DNA from: Candidatus Heimdallarchaeota archaeon
GTDB lineage: Archaea > Asgardarchaeota > Heimdallarchaeia > JABLTI01
Assembly (NCBI GenBank): GCA_030614005.1
Contig: JAUWKS010000011.1
Span: 30,001-62,000, forward strand
Direction of reading: 5' to 3'
DNA length: 32,000 nt
Under the pieces are notes generated by a model, which saw nothing but the letters and a program-made list of their open reading frames with translations, ran no database searches and was not told where the DNA came from. Below, piece by piece: positions 25,290-32,000 of the stretch. The translations under genes and the position numbers were made by a program. Position 1 is the stretch's first letter, and each line of letters opens with the position of its first letter.

Positions 25290-25304
25290 TTGGAGGACAA
25301 GAAA

Positions 25305-27224
25305 ATGACCTTAAATATTAAAGAAGTAACTTTGTATCAAAGTGGTGTAGGTTTCTTCCTGGCTGATTGTCCAAAGAAAAATTTCACTTTACCTGTTAAT
25401 GAAGGTGACATCAATGATGTTCTAAAATCTTTATCAGTAAATGGATTAACTTCTGTGAGATTTAATTCAGCAGAAGAAATTGATAAGATCCTAGATAAAA
25501 TTGGCATCGATCTCGAAGTTGACGGAGCATTGCTTTCTTTGTGTAGCCATCTCGTAGGATTGGAAGTAAAAATAACAATTGATAAAAGCTACACAGGAAC
25601 TGTTTTAGGAGTAGATGAAATTGATGATTGCTCTGAAACAGAAGAAACACTGATCAATACGAATGAAGTATTGGTTTTGAAGATTGGAAATGAAATTCAA
25701 AACTTCCCCTTAAAAGATATCAAGAAACTTGAGATTCTCGATTCTACTTTGCAAAAGGATATTGATACTTTCCTAAATCTTCTAGCAAATAAAAGAAAGG
25801 CAGGTGTGGTTAATCTCCAAGTCGATGCGAAGGCTAATTCTTGGGCTTCGTGGGTAATGCCTATTTCATCTTGGCGTTTATCTTATCGTGTTTTCTTCGA
25901 TATTGCTAAGAAAGAACTTGAGATGGTCGGAATTTCGATTATCGATAATACCACTTCTATAGATTGGGAACAAGTTGTTCTGAGGATTGTGACAGGTAAA
26001 CCTGTTAGTTTTCAATATGATCTTTTTACCCCTCTCCATATCAAGCGACCTGTTATTATACGGGATGTCAAAGGTGTTGCACCAATGGTATCTGAAGCAG
26101 GTGGTATGTTTGATGATTTTGATGATGAAATGGAAGAACCTTCGATGGAATATTCTGAAGGCTTAGTGGGTTACGGAGGAAAAGCATTGGGAGTAATGGC
26201 TCCCCCTCCGGGTGCAGCTCCAAAAAGAGCTAAAATGCTTATGAAATCTCAAGCAAAAGGCATGCCTTCAGTATTACGAGAAATTGACGTTAAACCAATT
26301 ATTGAGACTCAGATACAAGAGATAGGTTCAGCAATTGCATATGTGGTTAATTATCCTATTACTATAAATAGATCCCAAAGTGCTCTAATACCTATTTTTA
26401 CTGAAAAAGTAAGTGGTGAGCTTTGCGTTATTCTTAGAGATGATAGATTAACCGAAGCTATGGATGCAATCAAACTCAAAAAACCAATTGATGTTGAGAA
26501 AGGTGCTGCAACAATTTACTTGGATGGAAACTACGCAGGAGATTCTATGATAATAACAGGCACTGAATTTATTGCCTTCCGATTGAATCAAGATATTTCT
26601 GCAATGAAGGAAACAACCTCTCAAACAAGAATTGAAGCTATTGAGTTGAAAGATGCCTATCTCTCTGTCAAAAGAGTTACTGAGCTAGAATATACTTTCA
26701 AATTCATCAATAGAAACAAAGAAAGCTTGCCAACAATTCTAGAAATAACGAAATTGAGTTCTTATCAAGTAGATGATGATCCTGATGCTGAAACAAGAGA
26801 TTATTATCAATACAATTTACTTCTAAAACCTGGAAATTCTGTTAAGACTCTCACATTCCGCAGGGTAACATCTGAATCTGTAAGGATTGCAAATCTAAAT
26901 GAAATACAATTTAACACATACTTTGAAACAGGATTAATATCGCCGTCTGATAAAAGAAAAGCTGAAAAAATAATTGAGCTAATAAAATTGGTAAAGAAGA
27001 AAGAACGTGACTATATTGCCCTAACCAATGCTATTCAGCATCAATTCAAAAATCAGAAGCGAATCAGAGATAATCTTGTAGTAATAAAAGAAGATGAGAA
27101 TCTGAAGAACGAATACTTGGTTAAATTGAAAGAATCTGAAACTCATTTGGAACAGAAAAAGGATGAATCAAAAACATTGAAAATTGAAATCGAAGAGTTA
27201 AAACAAAAAATTGAAGGATATTAG
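25305..27224 (+). CDS. DUF4139/DUF4140-like protein, paralogue 2
   Basis: Same motif series as paralogue 1. The true start is probably ATG 25305 (GGAGG SD at 25292-25296; the N-terminus aligns with paralogue 1), not TTG 25290. Confidence 0.72.
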   Translation: MTLNIKEVTLYQSGVGFFLADCPKKNFTLPVNEGDINDVLKSLSVNGLTSVRFNSAEEIDKILDKIGIDLEVDGALLSLCSHLVGLEVKITIDKSYTGTVLGVDEIDDCSETEETLINTNEVLVLKIGNEIQNFPLKDIKKLEILDSTLQKDIDTFLNLLANKRKAGVVNLQVDAKANSWASWVMPISSWRLSYRVFFDIAKKELEMVGISIIDNTTSIDWEQVVLRIVTGKPVSFQYDLFTPLHIKRPVIIRDVKGVAPMVSEAGGMFDDFDDEMEEPSMEYSEGLVGYGGKALGVMAPPPGAAPKRAKMLMKSQAKGMPSVLREIDVKPIIETQIQEIGSAIAYVVNYPITINRSQSALIPIFTEKVSGELCVILRDDRLTEAMDAIKLKKPIDVEKGAATIYLDGNYAGDSMIITGTEFIAFRLNQDISAMKETTSQTRIEAIELKDAYLSVKRVTELEYTFKFINRNKESLPTILEITKLSSYQVDDDPDAETRDYYQYNLLLKPGNSVKTLTFRRVTSESVRIANLNEIQFNTYFETGLISPSDKRKAEKIIELIKLVKKKERDYIALTNAIQHQFKNQKRIRDNLVVIKEDENLKNEYLVKLKESETHLEQKKDESKTLKIEIEELKQKIEGY

Positions 27225-27380
27225 TAACTGGTAAATTCATTTACATCTGATATCTTTCATTCCAATTTTTTTTAAATACCTTTTTAATTAATTTAGCACC
27301 ATACAAAGTACTGGTATTGGTGAGAATTATGAGTTTTGAATCAGCTTAGAAGTGGAATTTTTTTCACTAAAGCAAATTTT

Positions 27381-27397
27381 ATAATCTCAGAGATTAT
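27381..27397. promoter_or_regulatory. Palindromic operator candidate upstream of the PGK-like gene
   Basis: ATAATCTC-A-GAGATTAT perfect 8-1-8 dyad between two TTTTATA tracts, 21 nt upstream of TTG 27419. Confidence 0.5.
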
Positions 27398-27418
27398 TTT
27401 ATATTCATAAAATATCAT

Positions 27419-28807
27419 TTGTCTAAAATCACATATGGAGAGAAATCTTCTATGAAGCCAGCTGTCTACGATAAAATAATTCAAGAAAATAGCTATGAGG
27501 ATATGAAGATTAATAAGAAAGGTTTTGTTGGGGTTCGTGTAGATATTAATAGCCCATTAAGTGTTGATCATTTTGAAGGGAAAGATTACAAAAGGGTTGT
27601 TAAGAGTCCAAGAATGAATGTCTGCGCAGAGACGATTATTCGCTTAACAAAAATGGGTTATGTGCCAATTATTTTTGCTCATCAAGGACGAATGACCAAA
27701 GAAGGTCCTGATGAGGCTTGTATTTCATTGAAATCCCACGCAGATATGCTTGATGGAATGTTGTACAATATTAATGTTCATTTTCAAGATGACCCTATTT
27801 TAAGTTTAACAGAATATGACTTTATTGGTTTTGCTCCTGGTGATGCTATTGTTTTAGAAAATACTCGAACTGAGAAACTCTCAAATGGTAAATTTCTGGA
27901 ATCAGATTTGACAGAAGGGAGAAAAGAGTTCAATAAAGTATTCGATTCAATTCTAGATTATTACATTATAGATGCATTTCCAACTTCTCATAGAGAAACT
28001 ACTACAATGGCACCTATTTTTGATACCACTCCTGTGGTTTTTGGTCCTGAGTTTATACAAGAATTTGCTGAAATAAGTAAAGTGCGAAGAAGATTATATT
28101 CTTCCCAACCAATTATGTTTGGTTTTGGTGGAGCTAAATTTGATAAATTGGATAATATGAAGAAAATTCTCGAACGGAAAAATGTCGTTGCTTTTTTTGG
28201 AGGAATTCCTGCCCAACTTCTTATTCGTGCTTCTGGTCATTCACTTGGGAAGGCCAATAATGATTTTCTTGATAACAAAGGAGTCGATGTAGCTAAAGAG
28301 CTTCTAGAAGTCATGGAGCAAGGTGCTGCTTGTTATCTACCAATTGATTTCACTGTAAAAATAGGTGAAAGAGGACGAACAATAAGAACTTTGAGCGTAT
28401 CCGATGTTAAAAAATATAAAGATGGTATTATTCTTGATGTCGGTGATCACACAATAAATTATTTTATCAATGATATTATTCTATCATATTTATCCACACC
28501 AATTGGTCCTTTATTAAACAATAGTAACGGAACAATAGACTATGATTGGCTCTTTATACTTGCAGGACCATTTGGAAAAATTGATGAATATGGTTTGAAT
28601 ACCTTACCATTTATAGCTAGACTTCTGAAAAAAGATATACACATAACTATTCTAGGTGGCGATTCAGCAGCTTATTTGCGAACGAGTGGCTTTGGTGACG
28701 CAATAGATCTAATATTAAGTGGAGGAGCAGCATTATCGTTTCTAGCAACTAGTAACATAAAATGCATTGATAAAAATCCTACATTCAAGGAATATTTCAA
28801 GAAATAG
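27419..28807 (+). CDS. pgk: Phosphoglycerate kinase family protein, divergent
   Basis: RVDINSP, AHQGR, LENTR, DAF..HR, GGAK, LPIDF, LDVG, GGDS, SGGAAL appear in PGK order. C-domain motifs deviate from consensus. Alternative start ATG 27452. Confidence 0.75.
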   Translation: MSKITYGEKSSMKPAVYDKIIQENSYEDMKINKKGFVGVRVDINSPLSVDHFEGKDYKRVVKSPRMNVCAETIIRLTKMGYVPIIFAHQGRMTKEGPDEACISLKSHADMLDGMLYNINVHFQDDPILSLTEYDFIGFAPGDAIVLENTRTEKLSNGKFLESDLTEGRKEFNKVFDSILDYYIIDAFPTSHRETTTMAPIFDTTPVVFGPEFIQEFAEISKVRRRLYSSQPIMFGFGGAKFDKLDNMKKILERKNVVAFFGGIPAQLLIRASGHSLGKANNDFLDNKGVDVAKELLEVMEQGAACYLPIDFTVKIGERGRTIRTLSVSDVKKYKDGIILDVGDHTINYFINDIILSYLSTPIGPLLNNSNGTIDYDWLFILAGPFGKIDEYGLNTLPFIARLLKKDIHITILGGDSAAYLRTSGFGDAIDLILSGGAALSFLATSNIKCIDKNPTFKEYFKK

Positions 28808-28833
28808 TTAACAATGGTTTTTTCAAAGTAATA

Positions 28834-29925
28834 ATGTTGAAGGGTAGAAAAACAATGACATTAACATATTTGGATGAATTTCATGAGAAACCTACAGCTA
28901 GGCAGAAAAAAGTGTTTCATGCTTTTCTTGACAAACAGAATCTAGAATATGAGGAAGATGTAGACTTTACTCTGAAAGTAATTGATAACGCAACTGGAGA
29001 AATGGTAGGTACCGGAAGTATTGATGGAAAAGTTCTGAAATGCATTGCAATAGACCCTACAAGGAGAGGTGAAGGACTATCGGCTCATATTCTATCTCAA
29101 CTAGTTAAAGAACAGTACAAAAGAGGCAATAGTCATATCTTTGTTTTTACAAATCCAAAGAATATTGAAGAAACAGCCGGAAATGTTTTTGCCGGTTTCC
29201 GAGTAGTGAGTAAAACAGATGATATTGTTCTCTTGGAAATGGGTTCAAACTCCATTGAAGAATATCTTGATGATTTAAAATTTCAAACGAGAGGCATTAC
29301 AGAAACAGAGAAAAACCCTATCGGGTCGATCGTAGTTAACTGCAATCCTTTTACTTTAGGGCATCAGTTTCTTATTGAAACAGCAGCAAAAGAGTGCTCT
29401 TATCTAATTGTTTTTGTAGTCACAGAAGATCGTTCTTTGTTTCCAACCGAAGTTCGATATCAATTAGTTAAAGCAGGAACAAAACATCTTGACAATGTTG
29501 TCGTTTTGAAGGGAGGAGATTATATTATCTCGCCAGCCACTTTTCCAAGATATTTTATGAAAGAATTTGCTGATATATCTTTGAGGCAAGCAAGATTGGA
29601 TGTAACAATTTTTGGAGAGCACATTGCTCCCGCACTCGGGATAAAAAAGAGATATGTCGGGGAAGAACCATTTGATTTAGTAACCAACGCATATAATCAA
29701 GCTATGAAAGAAATATTAATTCCAAAGGGGATAGAATTAGAAATAATTCCTAGAAAAGATGTGAATGGAGTGCCAATTAGCGCTTCCAAAGTGCGTGCAT
29801 TGATCAGAGAAGAAAGAATGGTTGAAATTATCGATTTGGTTCCCCCGACAACATACAGTTTTCTAATATCGAAGGAAGCAAAGTCAATTAGAGATAAAAT
29901 TGTTAGCTCTTCATCTCGTCACTAA
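28834..29925 (+). CDS. citC: [Citrate (pro-3S)-lyase] ligase
   Basis: N-terminal GNAT-like part (LKCIAID..RRGEGLS) plus nucleotidyltransferase NCNPFTLGHQFLIE, FVVTEDRSLF, YIISPATFPRYF, RYVGEEPF..T..YN, ISAS.VR. Confidence 0.92.
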   Translation: MLKGRKTMTLTYLDEFHEKPTARQKKVFHAFLDKQNLEYEEDVDFTLKVIDNATGEMVGTGSIDGKVLKCIAIDPTRRGEGLSAHILSQLVKEQYKRGNSHIFVFTNPKNIEETAGNVFAGFRVVSKTDDIVLLEMGSNSIEEYLDDLKFQTRGITETEKNPIGSIVVNCNPFTLGHQFLIETAAKECSYLIVFVVTEDRSLFPTEVRYQLVKAGTKHLDNVVVLKGGDYIISPATFPRYFMKEFADISLRQARLDVTIFGEHIAPALGIKKRYVGEEPFDLVTNAYNQAMKEILIPKGIELEIIPRKDVNGVPISASKVRALIREERMVEIIDLVPPTTYSFLISKEAKSIRDKIVSSSSRH

Positions 29926-29950
29926 AATGAAGAGAAGTAAGTGATTTTTT

Positions 29951-30868
29951 TCACTTATCATTTGTTAAATAGTATAACATTAAACTGACTGCTAATAGAT
30001 CCGCGCAACCACCTGGACTGATGTTTTGATTTATAAATTCTGCATCTAAATCTCTTACTCTCTCGAGCCACTCATCAGAATATGCATCCTCACTCAGAAC
30101 CAAATTATTTGCTTCTTGTCTAACCCAAGTGAGAACGTCGGAGCCATGCCGAGATAAAATATTTGTATCATCTACTCGAGTCATTAAAAATAATAGTGCC
30201 ATAATCATTCCTCGCTCAATAACTATGCCAGACTCAAGCGCTTTTTTTATTACTTGATACGCTGCATCTGCATTTGGAAATCCTTTTTCTGCTTCTCCTC
30301 TAATACCTGTTATACCTACATCTAGAAAAATCCACTCGCCTGAAGTAATTTTCTCCTCATCTTTTGGCATACGCATTAACTCTCGCTCAACAATGCCTTT
30401 TGTGATTTCTTGGACAACAGAGAGAATTCTATTAATCTTTAATGAACCTGTTTCACGTGTTGCAAGGTATCCTGCTGCAGCAGCAATAATCATACCACTA
30501 AAAATTAGCCCTTTTTGTGTATTGATGTTTTTTGTTGACAAAAACATCTCTTCTTCAGCTGACAATCCTACAGAACGTAATTTGGGTAAAAGGTCGCACA
30601 GCTCTCCTCGATGATCAATAGCTATCTGTGCAGCAATAACCATAAAATGTGATATTGTAGCAGAGCTCAGCATGAACGTGCTAATGTCCATATCTTTGTG
30701 TGCACCAGAATTGTTTCTGTCTACTAAACCTGGTTTTGGGGTGCAAATAGATTCGAGTAAAATTGCTTTTGTGATATTTGCTCCAATATTGAATGATATA
30801 GGTTGGATTATCATACCTTTCATATATTTAATCCGAGTAGTGTTATCATACGCTATTCTTTCTGACAT
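29951..30868 (-). CDS. citG: Triphosphoribosyl-dephospho-CoA synthase
   Basis: PKPGLVDRNNSGAHKDMD, NTQKGLIF, GIRGEAEKGFP, DDTNILSRHG, NISPGGCADLLA. Confidence 0.92.
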   Translation of the reverse strand: MSERIAYDNTTRIKYMKGMIIQPISFNIGANITKAILLESICTPKPGLVDRNNSGAHKDMDISTFMLSSATISHFMVIAAQIAIDHRGELCDLLPKLRSVGLSAEEEMFLSTKNINTQKGLIFSGMIIAAAAGYLATRETGSLKINRILSVVQEITKGIVERELMRMPKDEEKITSGEWIFLDVGITGIRGEAEKGFPNADAAYQVIKKALESGIVIERGMIMALLFLMTRVDDTNILSRHGSDVLTWVRQEANNLVLSEDAYSDEWLERVRDLDAEFINQNISPGGCADLLAVSLMLYYLTNDK

Positions 30869-31085
30869 TTACAGTCTTCCTTAATCTTCTCACAATATTC
30901 TCTTTTAAAGGCATTTTATAATCCTTTAGGTTTGTAAAAGTATTCAAATACGTTTTTCACTAAAAAATAGATATATTTATTTCTAAAAGAAAGAAGAATA
31001 AATATAGTATAAGACCTTCTTATATTATACACTTTAGTAGTTAATAAGTTCAAAACTATTTCACTAAAATTTGAGAGATGAAAAA

Positions 31086-32000
31086 ATGAACAAGAGAAAA
31101 CTTGGATTTATGTTTCTAGTGTTATTCGTCTTTACTCTTGTTTTGAGTTCTCAAATTAGTTCTCCAGCTTTGTGTTTAATAGACAATCAGTTAGTAACTA
31201 AAATTACTAGTATTCAACCTGGAAATTATGATATAGTCACTGATGACGTAGAGATTGGCTTTATGGAATATGGTGCATATGATGGATCTGGCGGAAGTTC
31301 AGCAGGTGTAGCAATTGGTGGTGAAATTGTCTACGTTGCAAATGGAAATCAGGGACTAGAAATTATCAACATCTCGAATCCAACCAAGCCTAGAAAAATC
31401 GCTAATATTTTAACACAAGGTGATGCTGTAGATGTTTTAATCTACGGAACTATGGCTTATGTGTCTCAAAAATTCTATGGTGTTGCGTTAATTAACATCT
31501 CAAATCCTGCTACTCCAGTTCTGAAAAGTACAATAACGCCTGGTGGAGATGCACTAGAAGTATCCATTCATGCAAATATTCTCCGGATTGCAACAGCAAA
31601 TAATGGGTTAAATCTGTATGAAGTCAGTAATCCTTCTAACCCTCTGTTTATTAGTAGATGGAAAGGTAATAATGAATTATCAGGTAGTTCAGTAATAACA
31701 AAATACAATTGTTTAGCTGCTAAAGAGGGTGGGCTTGAAATTGTTGATCAAACATTTCCTGCTGATCCATATTTGGTGGGTTCATGGAATGATTCTTCTG
31801 GAATAGCTTTTGGTGTAGATTCGATTGCAATTGACGATTGTAAATATGCTTTTTTGGCTTATGGTTTAGGTGGTCTGATAATACTAAATTTTACAAACCC
31901 GAAAACACCTGAAAAAATAGCAGAGTATACATTTAGTAATGTAATAGATGTCACTGTTGTAGATTCATATGCTTTCTTAAGTTGTAAAAATTATGGATTA
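31086..32000 (+). CDS. Secreted LVIVD-repeat beta-propeller protein (3' end runs off window)
   Basis: Not in the ORF track. ATG 31086 is open for 305 codons to the edge: MNKRKLGFMFLVLFVFTLVL signal, then repeats VYVANGNQGLEIINISNPTKP, AYVSQKFYGVALINISNPATP, GLNLYEVSNPSNP, GGLEIVD, GGLIILNFTNPKTP. Confidence 0.88.
   Translation, partial: MNKRKLGFMFLVLFVFTLVLSSQISSPALCLIDNQLVTKITSIQPGNYDIVTDDVEIGFMEYGAYDGSGGSSAGVAIGGEIVYVANGNQGLEIINISNPTKPRKIANILTQGDAVDVLIYGTMAYVSQKFYGVALINISNPATPVLKSTITPGGDALEVSIHANILRIATANNGLNLYEVSNPSNPLFISRWKGNNELSGSSVITKYNCLAAKEGGLEIVDQTFPADPYLVGSWNDSSGIAFGVDSIAIDDCKYAFLAYGLGGLIILNFTNPKTPEKIAEYTFSNVIDVTVVDSYAFLSCKNYGL

Noticed and set aside
25290-25304. TTG start given by the ORF track for DUF4139 paralogue 2
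   Set aside because: This stretch contains the GGAGG SD; ATG 25305 matches the paralogue's N-terminus.
30846-30914. 22-aa basic ORF (MPLKENIVRRLRKTVNVRKNSV) overlapping the citG start on the minus strand; checked as a possible citD remnant
   Set aside because: Far too short, no SD and no CitD-like motif.
31078-31089. Minimal uORF ATG AAA AAA TGA overlapping the LVIVD start
   Set aside because: The ATG is part of the SD-like GAGATGA, and similar GATGAAAA spacers occur before other genes (e.g. 20176), so it is likely incidental.

Overview
AT-rich (roughly one-third GC by eye), gene-dense prokaryotic chromosome segment. Archaeal origin is inferred from GGTGA/GGAGG ribosome-binding sites, a Fae-Hps fusion, archaeal-type PGK motifs and TATA-like promoters; an Asgard/Heimdallarchaeia-like host is plausible but unproven. 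I found no rRNA, tRNA, CRISPR array or transposase. Recognisable genes: a giant GNAT fusion, GH38 alpha-mannosidase, alpha/beta hydrolase, second GNAT, HerA-like ATPase, PolX-PHP, DUF202, Fae-Hps, GDPD, a divergent PGK, CitC and CitG. Two secreted repeat proteins run off the window ends (DOMON/CBM9-like + FG-GAP; LVIVD) and are missing from the ORF track. There are three tandem paralogue pairs: Cys-ladder membrane proteins, bactofilin-like beta-solenoids and DUF4139-like proteins. The most novel signals are: (1) an unannotated ~156-nt intergenic element (15557-15712) that folds by hand into a tight three-way junction with a possible switch/pseudoknot; (2) two membrane-anchored CxxxC-ladder proteins between a DUF2085-like gene and an orphan HerA; (3) two bactofilin-like solenoids, one with a Met ladder and one with a Gly ladder, sharing a duplicated 39-bp upstream element; (4) a 29-aa smORF with a strong SD; (5) convergent citC/citG with no citDEFX; (6) a PGK with an eroded nucleotide site. 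All assignments come from motif recognition by eye; no searches were run.
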